The notes beneath the pieces were generated by a model, which was not told the DNA's origin, ran no database searches, and saw only the letters and a list, made by a program, of their open reading frames with translations. From a virus (Duplodnaviria; Heunggongvirae; Uroviricota; Caudoviricetes): a stretch of DNA of 64,000 bases. The position numbers and the translations under genes are program-made. Shown piece after piece: positions 26,619-36,346 of this stretch. Where the stretch lies: IMG/VR virus record IMGVR_UViG_3300034107_000364; one strand, written 5' to 3'. How positions within the stretch are numbered: position 1 is the stretch's first letter; each line of letters opens with the position of its first letter.

Positions 26619-28285
26619 GAATAGACTTCATAGAATTTAAAAACTTTGCTTCATATGGTAATCAATTACAACGATTAGAATTTGAAGAAGATCAATCTAA
26701 ATTATTCTTAACATTAGGCAAGAATGGCGATGGTAAAACTACTATCGCTAATGCCATTATATATGCTCTGTATGGTAGAATTGAAGGTGTAAAGCTATCA
26801 GATCTTCCAAATAGAATTAATAAAGAGCTACATGTTAAAATAGGTTTAAAATGTGGTGCAATAAATGTAGAAATCGAAAGAGGTTTAATGCCTAATAAAT
26901 TTAGCGTTAAATTAAATGGAGTTGATTTCGATAAAGCTGGTAAAAAATCAGTACAGGATTATCTAGAAGAGGAAATCTTTGGAATACCATATCATGTATT
27001 CAAAAATATTATTATTTTATCAGTTAATGACTTTAAGTCATTTTTAACCATGTCTAATCAAGATAAAAAACAAATCATTGATAAGATGTTTGGTTTCTCA
27101 ATTCTTAATGACATGCAAACTGCAATTAAGAACGAAAGAAGATCTGTTAAAATGGACATTGATTCTTATGAATCAGAATTAGCACAGATATTAGACTCTA
27201 TTGCATCAGTAAGAGGCAAACTTAATACATTATTAGAAGAATCACAACAAAAGAACAATTCTAAAATAGATGAATTAAAGGCAAGCTTACTTGAATTAAA
27301 TGAAACTGTAAAAGCTCTTGATCTAGAGAAAACACAAGTAGACACAGATATTAAAACAGATTCAGAATCATATGAAACTGTAAGATCCAGCGCATCTACA
27401 TTGAAGCATGAGATTGAATATCTTAAAAGAAAGTTAGAACTATACGAGAGTGGAAAATGTCCAACATGTGAAACTCAATTAGATAGTCAATGGCACATAG
27501 ATCAAAAAGAACACTTTTGTTCTAAAATAGAAACAGATACAAATAGTATTAAAACACTTAAGGATTCATTAGATACATTAAAAACTAATATTGATACGCT
27601 TAAAGAAAATAAAAGAATTCTAGAAAAGAAAGCTAACGATATTAGATATAATATGAAAACTTTCAAGACAGAACTCTTGAAATTAAAGGACACGCCAGAT
27701 GACCAACAATTTGAACATCTTAAAACATTAATTGAAGATTTCGAAACAAAAGAATCAGAAAAATCTTCAAATAAAGACGATCTAAATGTAAATTACAATT
27801 TCATGGAAATTGTTGAACAGGTTTTAGGTGAAGATGGTGTTAAGAACTTAGCTGTTAAAACTATTTTACCAGGATTAAATACCAATATTGCAGCGATGAG
27901 TCAAACAATGCACTTACCGTTCCATATTAGATTTGATGAGAAGTTTAATTGTATTATCAATCACTTAGGTGAAGATATTAATCCAATGACACTTTCAACT
28001 GGAGAACGTAAGAAAGCAGATTTTATTATTATCATTGCTATTATAAAAATTCTTAAATTAAGATTTCCTCAGTTAAACTTGTTGTTCTTAGATGAGTTAT
28101 TAAGTTCAGTTGACCACGATGGTGTTTATAACATCCTTAAGATCTTGAACCAAGTCATCAAAGAAAACAAGATAAATACCTTTGTGATAAATCACTCAGT
28201 ATTGCCTCATGAAATCTTTGACAAGAAAATACAGATTTATCGTGAAAATGGATTCTCTAAGTTTACTATAGAAACCATTGACTAA
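26615..28285 (+). CDS. gp46: Recombination ATPase subunit (Rad50/SbcC, T4 gp46-like)
   Basis: GKNGDGKTT, CPTC zinc hook, LSTGE, LFLDE and INH. Confidence 0.93.
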   Translation: MRIDFIEFKNFASYGNQLQRLEFEEDQSKLFLTLGKNGDGKTTIANAIIYALYGRIEGVKLSDLPNRINKELHVKIGLKCGAINVEIERGLMPNKFSVKLNGVDFDKAGKKSVQDYLEEEIFGIPYHVFKNIIILSVNDFKSFLTMSNQDKKQIIDKMFGFSILNDMQTAIKNERRSVKMDIDSYESELAQILDSIASVRGKLNTLLEESQQKNNSKIDELKASLLELNETVKALDLEKTQVDTDIKTDSESYETVRSSASTLKHEIEYLKRKLELYESGKCPTCETQLDSQWHIDQKEHFCSKIETDTNSIKTLKDSLDTLKTNIDTLKENKRILEKKANDIRYNMKTFKTELLKLKDTPDDQQFEHLKTLIEDFETKESEKSSNKDDLNVNYNFMEIVEQVLGEDGVKNLAVKTILPGLNTNIAAMSQTMHLPFHIRFDEKFNCIINHLGEDINPMTLSTGERKKADFIIIIAIIKILKLRFPQLNLLFLDELLSSVDHDGVYNILKILNQVIKENKINTFVINHSVLPHEIFDKKIQIYRENGFSKFTIETID

Positions 28286-28303
28286 AAATAGAATATATAA
28301 TAA

Positions 28304-29419
28304 ATGGCAACGTATAACTTAAAATACAACAAAGACGATAGTGTTATAAGACACATTATAATTGGTCTTTTAGCAGATCTAAATAGTAAGCTTAGTTTTT
28401 TTAGACAAATATCTAATGACGAGCGAGTTATTGTAGATGTTCCATTTTTTTATGCAGTTTCGGGCGATGATAATTTCATTAAGGATAACTTTTTATTTTC
28501 TAATGTAAATGGACCAAACTGTAATCCTGATGGTGATTATGCAAATGGTAATTATGATTCAGTACCAAGAGGTATTGTTAATCTAACTTCATTTGCAGTA
28601 GATCCTTCAAAACTAGTTAATAAAAGAAATCTTGGTAATTATTCTATGATGAATGCTCAAGGTTTAATGGAAGGTTATGTTGCTGAATTCGAAATGATTC
28701 CAGTAGTTATAAGTGTAGACGTTGAAATTCTTTTATCTAGTCAATTAGATACATTCAAACTTACAGAAGGTATTGTTAAAAAAATGTACAAAGCTAATTT
28801 CTTTCACGTTGATGCTGGTCATTTAGAAGAAGGTTTATATAGAATTTCATCTGAGTACATGATGCCAGATGATTATACACAAGAACGTCCTATTGAATAT
28901 GGTTTTGATGATAAAGACAATTATAAGATAACATTTAGTTTAGAAATTAATACATTTATACCTTCATTCGATTTCGAAGAAGACATCTATACTAAATATA
29001 CTAGATCGGTTTATACAACAGCAATCGTTGGAAATTATGAAGATCCTAATTTAGTTACATTAGATCCAAATGTATTATATCCACACCCTACTGCTATGCC
29101 AGAGCCGGTACTATATTATGATAACAATACTACAGTATGGACATGGGATTGGGATGCATTGATTTGGATATTAACAAACACTCGACCAAAAACTGATACA
29201 CCTTTTACTTTAGGTTTAACAGTGGATGCTTCAGAATTTGGTCCATTATTAAATACAAACTCTCAATTCTTAAGAACTTCTGCTAGAAGAAAAAATTCAA
29301 ATAGAATGTTTGCATTTAGACAAACTTCAGATTATAAAGAAGGAACTCCAGATAAAGATAAGCCTATTTTAGGTGATGATAGAGATATTACATCTACTAC
29401 ACTCCCATTCAATGAATAA
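28304..29419 (+). CDS. Tail terminator / sheath stabilizer (T4 gp15-like) with C-terminal extension
   Basis: VDVPFFYA, VPRG and PVVISVDVEIL...Q pattern; late-promoter variant at 28292-28299. Confidence 0.65.
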   Translation: MATYNLKYNKDDSVIRHIIIGLLADLNSKLSFFRQISNDERVIVDVPFFYAVSGDDNFIKDNFLFSNVNGPNCNPDGDYANGNYDSVPRGIVNLTSFAVDPSKLVNKRNLGNYSMMNAQGLMEGYVAEFEMIPVVISVDVEILLSSQLDTFKLTEGIVKKMYKANFFHVDAGHLEEGLYRISSEYMMPDDYTQERPIEYGFDDKDNYKITFSLEINTFIPSFDFEEDIYTKYTRSVYTTAIVGNYEDPNLVTLDPNVLYPHPTAMPEPVLYYDNNTTVWTWDWDALIWILTNTRPKTDTPFTLGLTVDASEFGPLLNTNSQFLRTSARRKNSNRMFAFRQTSDYKEGTPDKDKPILGDDRDITSTTLPFNE

Positions 29420-29453
29420 ACTAAAGATATATATAAAAAATTAAATAACACAA

Positions 29454-30638
29454 ATGGCAAAATTAAACAAAGGAATTGTTTCTCCTGTTATAGAATCTAA
29501 ACAAGGATTTGTATTTCATGCAGGTGGACAAAATTTCAGAATGACAGGAAGTCACATTGAAAAATTTGAAAATGTTTCAGAAGACTTTAATGCTCTAGTT
29601 AAAGCAAACGAAATGTTTAACATAACTAGCGAAGGTATTTCATTTTATTATGATTACAATAATAAGAAAACCATTTCTAAAATTGAAGAATCAGCTTTGG
29701 CTAATTTTGATAAATTGGTTGGTTTAAACGAAAAGATTGATTTCTTAAACGAAAACATTAAATCATACAAAGTAGCTGGTAAAAAATTAGCAGTAACCGA
29801 AGTTGAAAATGAATTGAAAGTTTTAGAATCATTAAGATCTGATGTACTTACAAAATCAATAGTTGTTAAATTATCATATAACGTTTCTGAGAACAAGTTT
29901 TATGCAGGTAATGTAGAACTAGCTTTCTCAACTTCAATAGCTCTAGCTGAGTCTATGTTAGCAGCGGCTTACATTAGATACGAAGATAAAGCATTAATCA
30001 ACTTATTTGAATTTGCATCTAAAAACTATAATCACTATAATGTATTGGAATTCATTTCAGAATCTAAAGATGGTGATGTTAGAGTTTTAGCAATGAGAAC
30101 TGAAAGCAATATATTTGTTTACAAAATCAACGAATCTACTAAGATTGATAAATTCTCTAAATTATTAGCAGATGCTGCAATTGATTATGTTGCAGAAAGT
30201 ACAGGAGCAGATATTACACCAATGGTTGAAGATATTTTAGAATCTTACAAAGAAAGAAGAGCAGCTAAATTACAGAAAACTCAATTGATGTATGAAATGA
30301 TCGCATTCTTAAAAGATCAAAAAGGTAGATTATCTGAAGCTAATAGAATGTTACCAGACATTAAAGCTGCAGATCAATTATTAAATGATGAAATCAAAAG
30401 AATTTCAGAAGAATTAACTGATTTACAAAACGAAGACTTATTAACAAAAGACGATGGATATGTAGATGCAGAAATTACAGTAGAAGCTGAAGGTTTACCA
30501 TTAGGTTCTAAAGTTAAAGTTGATGCACTAGAATTTACAGGAAAAGGTAAATCAGATATATTAACAGTATTTGTTAAAGACGAACCAATAAGAGTAGAAA
30601 AGAATAAACTTCAAATTTCAGCTGAAGATTCTATTTAA
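29454..30638 (+). CDS. Hypothetical late (probably structural) protein with coiled coil
   Basis: 394-aa ORF; GATATATA at 29426-29433. Confidence 0.65.
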   Translation: MAKLNKGIVSPVIESKQGFVFHAGGQNFRMTGSHIEKFENVSEDFNALVKANEMFNITSEGISFYYDYNNKKTISKIEESALANFDKLVGLNEKIDFLNENIKSYKVAGKKLAVTEVENELKVLESLRSDVLTKSIVVKLSYNVSENKFYAGNVELAFSTSIALAESMLAAAYIRYEDKALINLFEFASKNYNHYNVLEFISESKDGDVRVLAMRTESNIFVYKINESTKIDKFSKLLADAAIDYVAESTGADITPMVEDILESYKERRAAKLQKTQLMYEMIAFLKDQKGRLSEANRMLPDIKAADQLLNDEIKRISEELTDLQNEDLLTKDDGYVDAEITVEAEGLPLGSKVKVDALEFTGKGKSDILTVFVKDEPIRVEKNKLQISAEDSI

Positions 30639-30657
30639 ACTCACATAATATTTAAGT

Positions 30658-30696
30658 AAAGCCCAATTGGAAACAGTTGGGCTTTTTTTAGTATAA
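30658..30696 (+). terminator. Terminator whose GAAA loop overlaps the class 2 promoter of the sigma gene
   Basis: AAAGCCCAATTG-GAAA-CAGTTGGGCTTT followed by Ts; GAAAC 30670-30674, N17, TATAA 30692-30696. Confidence 0.75.
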
Positions 30697-30716
30697 GATT
30701 AAACATAATACGCGAA

Positions 30717-31100
30717 ATGGCAAAAAAGAAAAATTACTTAAATAACAAAGATCTATTCGATGCGATTGTAGAATCTAAAGAATTAGACAAGTTAACACCA
30801 ACAGCAGAAAAAATGCTAGTGTTATTGGCCGAACGAGCTATTAATAAACTAAGTTATGTTAACAGCGATGATAGAGATGATTGCTTACAGTTTGCATTAT
30901 TAGATCTATTAAAATATTGGAGAAACTTCAATCCTAAATATCCTAATGCATTTGCATATTTTACAGAAATTGCAAAACGAGGATATGCAAAAGGTTGGAA
31001 TAAAATTCATCCACTTAAATACAAAGGTACACTATCAATTGATCGCATCTCAACGGGTGGATCAGGCGAAGATGGTGGCGGTGGAATGTTCAACATTTAA
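30717..31100 (+). CDS. gp55: Phage late-transcription sigma factor (T4 gp55-like, short)
   Basis: NYLNNKDL, RDD...ALL..LKY..NF.P....NAFAYFT.I. Confidence 0.85.
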   Translation: MAKKKNYLNNKDLFDAIVESKELDKLTPTAEKMLVLLAERAINKLSYVNSDDRDDCLQFALLDLLKYWRNFNPKYPNAFAYFTEIAKRGYAKGWNKIHPLKYKGTLSIDRISTGGSGEDGGGGMFNI

Positions 31101-31574
31101 ATGTCAATAAAAAATCTCAAACCCACAGGTAATTCAGGTTTTGTACAAGGATATTATACACCAAAAAATCCAGATAAGTACATAGGACCAATCCCAATAA
31201 TCTATAGATCATCATGGGAAAGAAAGTTTATGATTATGTGTGATACTAAAGAACATGTAATTAAATGGTCCAGTGAACCGGTTGAGATTAAATATATATG
31301 GTCATTTGATAAAAGAGAACATAAATATTATCCTGACTTTTATATGAAAGTCAAAGGTGTTGAAGGTGATGAAGAATTTCTAGTTGAAATAAAACCAGAA
31401 GCACAAGTTACAAAACCAGAACCACCTAAAAAGAATAGTCAAAAGGCTTTAAAGTCTTACAAATTCTTGGTAGAGCAGTATGTAAAAAATAGAGATAAAT
31501 ATACATATGCAAAGGCATGGGCTGTCAATAGAGGTTGGCGATTCATTGTCTTAACAGAAAAGTCTCTTAAATAA
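31101..31574 (+). CDS. gp4: Head completion nuclease (T4 gp4-like, TnsA-type endonuclease fold)
   Basis: YRSSWE, WSSE, YYPDF, VEIKP and GW.F.VLTE. Confidence 0.85.
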   Translation: MSIKNLKPTGNSGFVQGYYTPKNPDKYIGPIPIIYRSSWERKFMIMCDTKEHVIKWSSEPVEIKYIWSFDKREHKYYPDFYMKVKGVEGDEEFLVEIKPEAQVTKPEPPKKNSQKALKSYKFLVEQYVKNRDKYTYAKAWAVNRGWRFIVLTEKSLK

Positions 31575-32200
31575 TGGGTAAGATAAAGCAAGATATTAAA
31601 AAATTAAGTAAAGAAGCTGGAGGTAAAATCAAAGCACGGAAAGCTGCTGAAGATTGGTTTACAAAAGCTTCAAAATCTATTAGAGATAATACAGTTGCTA
31701 AACTTAGTAGACCATTTAAAACAGGCATGATCCATGTATTTAGATATGAAAAACCTCTAAATATTAAAACACTAGAATGGTGGGATAAAAATCCAGTGGT
31801 ATTGGCTCTTGAACCACATGATAGTGGCACAGATGTTGGTATTAATTTAAATCTTTTGCCAGTACAATTTAAAGAGGATCTTTTGGATATGATATATGAC
31901 AGAATGGAAGGTCAAATTAAAACTCAAAATGGAAAATCAAAAGAAAATAATGCATTAACACAGGGTCAAATTAAATTGATTTATAAAGATGTTAAAAAGT
32001 TTTTAGTTCAATTTGGATTTGATTATGCGATTAGACAATATGTACCACAATTAAAAAAGAATCAACAAGTAGTTTCATATGAAAGTTGGGCTAAAATAGC
32101 ACTTTGTGATTTTCAAGACCTTAATGGTATTGGAATTAATGAAGTAAAGAGAGCGTTTCAAGAGCACTTAAAAACGCGTTCAAAAAGAAAAGATATATAA
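31574..32200 (+). CDS. DNA end protector protein (T4 gp2-like)
   Basis: WF..., F.Y, WD..P.V, GINL..LP and AIRQY pattern; follows gp4. Confidence 0.7.
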   Translation: MGKIKQDIKKLSKEAGGKIKARKAAEDWFTKASKSIRDNTVAKLSRPFKTGMIHVFRYEKPLNIKTLEWWDKNPVVLALEPHDSGTDVGINLNLLPVQFKEDLLDMIYDRMEGQIKTQNGKSKENNALTQGQIKLIYKDVKKFLVQFGFDYAIRQYVPQLKKNQQVVSYESWAKIALCDFQDLNGIGINEVKRAFQEHLKTRSKRKDI

Positions 32201-32223
32201 ACAGAACATAATAATATAATAGT

Positions 32224-33816
32224 ATGGCAGGATTTAACGATAGAAACGGACCATTAAGTAATGGATCAAGACCTTTTAGCATTTCAAATGCTTTAAAGTC
32301 ATTGTCTTCGTTTGGTATGCGCTATGATGATTTAGTCTTAAGACAATCACAAGCAATTGGACCAATGGAAGCTGAAATTGGTTATGGTCAAATGAACCCG
32401 TTTGGTCTAGACAATGATGACATATATGGAGCATTTGCTGCAATGTCAATGACCGACATTAATTTAAGATCTAATATTCCATTTTTTGATAAATCATATG
32501 AAAGCAAAAGAGAAGAACTTAGAAGATTTTCACTTAACGATGAGATTGAAGATATTCTAGATATTCTTTGTGATGAGACTATTGTATATGATGAAAAAAA
32601 CTTTTTCTGTTATCCTGAAATTTTAGGTATTGATATATCTGAGGATGTTGACAAGGATCTTAATAAATATTTTAGACAAATCTATCATTACTTTGGATTT
32701 AACTCTGATCAATCAGCATGGTACTTCTTTAGAAAATTCTTAATTGATGGATATTTGGCATTTGAGATCATTTATTCACCAGACCAAAAAGAAGTTATTG
32801 GATTTAAAGAATTAGATCCTATCACACTTATCCCAGGTTATAACCACGATGATGGTAAAAAAGTTTGGGTACAATACAAAGATGATCCAATTAGAGAACG
32901 TAAATTATACGATTCTCAGATTATATACATTTCATACTCTTCGATAACTACAGCATCAAGAGTTTCTTACATCGAAAGATTAACAAGAGCATTTAACCTA
33001 TTAAGAATCATGGAACATACCAGAGTTATTTGGGCTGTTACCAATGCATCTTTTAGAATGAAATTCGTTATACCTGTTGGTGGTAAATCTAAGACCAGAG
33101 CAAAACAATCACTTTCTCAATTAATGAATTCTTATAAAGAATCAGTAGATTTTGATTGGGAATCAGGTACATTAGCAACAGATGGTAAACCAATGTTACA
33201 ATTTAGTAAAGAGTATTGGTTGCCTTCTAAAGATGGTGAATCACCAGAAATTGAAACATTAAACAGTGAAGGACCAGATCTTTCAGATACAGAAGCACTT
33301 AAATACTTCTCAGATAAATTAAAACACGTTTCAAAAATTCCTTACTCAAGATTCTTATATGAAGATGGTGGTGGAGATTTTAATTTAGCAGCAGATGGTA
33401 TGATTAGAGATGAGATTAAATTTGGTAAATTTATCAAACGTTTAAGATCAATCTTTATGGAAATTTTATCTAAGCCATTATTTATTCAAATGTGTCTTAA
33501 ATACCCAGAATTTACAAATGATCCACAATTTAAAACACAAGTTGCCCTAAGATTTAATGAAGAGAATGTGTTCTCAGAATTAAAAGACATGGAATTGATG
33601 GAAAAACGACTAGAATTCATTGGTACTATGAGAGATAGTTTAATGACAACCAATCAAGAAACAATGGAAGAAGAATACTACTTTGATCAAGAATACCTAG
33701 TTAAGAAATATCTTAAACTAAGTGATGATGAAATTAGAGGTAACGAAGCTGCTAAATCTAAGTTAAAGAAAACAACGGCACAAGAGCCAGAAGCTGAAGA
33801 TCCATTCGCAATGTAA
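32224..33816 (+). CDS. gp20: Portal protein (T4 gp20-like)
   Basis: RKFLIDG, LRIMEHTRVIW, EYWLP..DG...IETL, LKHVSKIP.SR and DEIKF.KFI.RLR. Confidence 0.92.
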   Translation: MAGFNDRNGPLSNGSRPFSISNALKSLSSFGMRYDDLVLRQSQAIGPMEAEIGYGQMNPFGLDNDDIYGAFAAMSMTDINLRSNIPFFDKSYESKREELRRFSLNDEIEDILDILCDETIVYDEKNFFCYPEILGIDISEDVDKDLNKYFRQIYHYFGFNSDQSAWYFFRKFLIDGYLAFEIIYSPDQKEVIGFKELDPITLIPGYNHDDGKKVWVQYKDDPIRERKLYDSQIIYISYSSITTASRVSYIERLTRAFNLLRIMEHTRVIWAVTNASFRMKFVIPVGGKSKTRAKQSLSQLMNSYKESVDFDWESGTLATDGKPMLQFSKEYWLPSKDGESPEIETLNSEGPDLSDTEALKYFSDKLKHVSKIPYSRFLYEDGGGDFNLAADGMIRDEIKFGKFIKRLRSIFMEILSKPLFIQMCLKYPEFTNDPQFKTQVALRFNEENVFSELKDMELMEKRLEFIGTMRDSLMTTNQETMEEEYYFDQEYLVKKYLKLSDDEIRGNEAAKSKLKKTTAQEPEAEDPFAM

Positions 33817-33844
33817 ATTATTCACGAAAAAAGATATATAAATT

Positions 33845-34186
33845 ATGAAAATTATTAAAACATTTGAAGACTTCTTAACAGAAGACGCTTTAAGAGCTGG
33901 AGAAGATTCACAAGTAGTTATCGATGATATCGATTTAGATTCAGGTTCTACTATAAAAGCAGCTGAAATTTTAGGAGCTATTTCTGCCTCTATCACAGAT
34001 GAAGAGTTTAAACAGTACTTCTATGATGAATACGGAGAGAATGCTTTTGGTGAAGGTGAGATTGACCAGTTAGTTAAAATATATAACGATAAAGCTGCAG
34101 AAGACTTAGAAGCTGAGAAAGAGAAAGAAAAAGAATCAGGTAAAGAAGAAGGTGGAGACGCTGAAGATCCTCTTGCTGGGTTATAA
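33845..34186 (+). CDS. Acidic prohead core-like protein (gp67/68 position)
   Basis: Located between portal and protease; IKTFEDFLTE N-terminus; own late promoter at 33833. Confidence 0.55.
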   Translation: MKIIKTFEDFLTEDALRAGEDSQVVIDDIDLDSGSTIKAAEILGAISASITDEEFKQYFYDEYGENAFGEGEIDQLVKIYNDKAAEDLEAEKEKEKESGKEEGGDAEDPLAGL

Positions 34187-34242
34187 TAAGATATTTCAAT
34201 AATAAAGTATGATATATATTAAAAATAGAAAAATAAAATACT

Positions 34243-36225
34243 ATGAACAATACTAACGATTTATTAATCGTCGAAATGTCTTCTTCTACACTGAGCGTTA
34301 AAACTTCAGATAATAAAGAATACATCCTCGAAGGAGTTTTTGGTCAAATCGATCAAAAAAATAGAAATAACCGTATCTATACAGAATCGGAATATATTCC
34401 ACAAATTGAAGCATTACAAGCTAAAATTAAAGCTAGTAAACTTTTAGGAGAACTAGATCATCCTGCTCAATTTGATATTTCTTTAAAAAATGTGTCACAC
34501 ATCATTGAAGAATTAACATATGACAAAGCTAGTAAAGAAGTTAGAGGTAGAATTAAATTATTGGATACTGATGCAGGTAGACAAGCTAAGGCTTTAGTTG
34601 ATGCAGGTGTTCCATTACAAATTTCTTCTAGAGCTGCTGGTGCCGTTGAATCTAATGGTACTGTAAAGATCAAACAATTATTCACATATGATTTAGTTGC
34701 TGACCCAGGTTTTGAAAACGCTGAGTTAAAGAGAGTTAATGAAGCATTTGGATATAGTAATGATGGTTTAATTTCTATTTATGAAATTAACAGATCTTCT
34801 GAAACTTCATTAGAAACTATCAACACAATCGAAAACACACAAACACAAATAAAAGAAAATAAAAACATGGCAGAATTTGTAAAATCTGAAGATTTCAATA
34901 GATACTCTGAGTATTTAGCGAATGAAATCAAGACATTAAAAGAGTCTATGGAAGCCAAAAATGCTGAGGTTTCGGAAGACAACACGGTAGACAATCTAAA
35001 AGAACACAATAACCACATTGTAGAAACCGTTAATAAATTAACAGACTACGTTGAATACGTTGCAACTAAATTAGATGAATCTATTCAATATTCAGAGCAC
35101 GTTGCTGAAAAAGCAGATCAAGGTATTGCTTACTCAGAATCGTTAGCTGAAAAATTAGATCAAGGTATCTCTTATACAGAGCACGTTGCTGAAGCAGTTT
35201 CTAAAGTTAAAGATTTCGCTAATTATTTAGCTGAAGCTCATAACGAAGGTGCTACATCACACTCTACTTTATTAGAGTACGTTGAATACTTAAAAGAAAA
35301 CTTACAATCAGTTTCTGAATATGCAGAATACATTGCAGAATCATTAAACGAAACAGTTATTACTGAAGAAGATGCACCTGCTAAAGATGCTGACGAAGCA
35401 GAAGAAACTGACGAAATCGAAAACATCGGTGATAATTCAGAAGAAGGTGCAGTAGCTAAAGATGGCGAAAACGCTGGTAAAGACGTTGAAGAAATCGAAG
35501 GTGAAGAAGTTGAAGCCGGAGATAATTCAAAAGAAGGCGATGTATCTAAAGATGCTGAAAAAGTTGGAAAAGATGCAGAAGATTTAGAATCTAATGCTAA
35601 AACATCTGACGCTGAAGTTAAAGACAAAGTTGACGCAGCTGAACCAGGTGAAGGTGAAGAAGAAGCAGAAGGTGAAGAAGGTGCATTAGATCCTTTAGAA
35701 GCTTACAAAAATGAAATCTCTTCTAAATTAGATGCATTAGTTGAAAGCGCAACTAAAAAAGAAAATGAATCACCATCTTTCTTTAGAGTTGTTTCTTCTA
35801 CTACAAGAGAAAAATACAACGCATTAACTGAATCTGCAAAATCAGAAGTTAGAAGCACAGTTTCTAAAAGAGGTTTTATGACTGAATCAGAAATCGTATC
35901 ATTAATGAACAATGCTCAACTTATTGTTGAAAGCGCAGGTGCACAACCTACATTTATTGCTCTTATGCCAACTGAATACACAGAAGCATGGACTAATTTA
36001 TCTGAAGCTAAACAAAATCAAATCATTGCTCAAGCAAAATACCACACATTGAACACTGAATACCAAGTTGCTAATTTCTGGCAAACTAGAGATCTAAGAG
36101 ATACTAAAGTTGAAATGGAGAAAGTTGCAATGGTTACTGAATCAAAAACTGAAGAGCCTAAATCAACACTAGGATATGATATGACTGGTATGGCAGAAGC
36201 GTTCAAACAGAGATTTAACAAATAA
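34243..36225 (+). CDS. Prohead protease (gp21-like) fused to scaffold/core (gp22-like)
   Basis: N-terminal LEG.F...N.R.Y, LGELDHP, ISSR..G and YDLVADP; long acidic coiled-coil C-terminus. Confidence 0.85.
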   Translation: MNNTNDLLIVEMSSSTLSVKTSDNKEYILEGVFGQIDQKNRNNRIYTESEYIPQIEALQAKIKASKLLGELDHPAQFDISLKNVSHIIEELTYDKASKEVRGRIKLLDTDAGRQAKALVDAGVPLQISSRAAGAVESNGTVKIKQLFTYDLVADPGFENAELKRVNEAFGYSNDGLISIYEINRSSETSLETINTIENTQTQIKENKNMAEFVKSEDFNRYSEYLANEIKTLKESMEAKNAEVSEDNTVDNLKEHNNHIVETVNKLTDYVEYVATKLDESIQYSEHVAEKADQGIAYSESLAEKLDQGISYTEHVAEAVSKVKDFANYLAEAHNEGATSHSTLLEYVEYLKENLQSVSEYAEYIAESLNETVITEEDAPAKDADEAEETDEIENIGDNSEEGAVAKDGENAGKDVEEIEGEEVEAGDNSKEGDVSKDAEKVGKDAEDLESNAKTSDAEVKDKVDAAEPGEGEEEAEGEEGALDPLEAYKNEISSKLDALVESATKKENESPSFFRVVSSTTREKYNALTESAKSEVRSTVSKRGFMTESEIVSLMNNAQLIVESAGAQPTFIALMPTEYTEAWTNLSEAKQNQIIAQAKYHTLNTEYQVANFWQTRDLRDTKVEMEKVAMVTESKTEEPKSTLGYDMTGMAEAFKQRFNK

Positions 36226-36346
36226 TCAAAAAGAACACGGATATATAATTAACAATCGACGATAAGGGTGACAGAAGCAGAAAACCCATTGAATGTCGAG
36301 TTTTTAACTAAACAATTAAACAAACAAAAAAAAACGATCATTAAAA

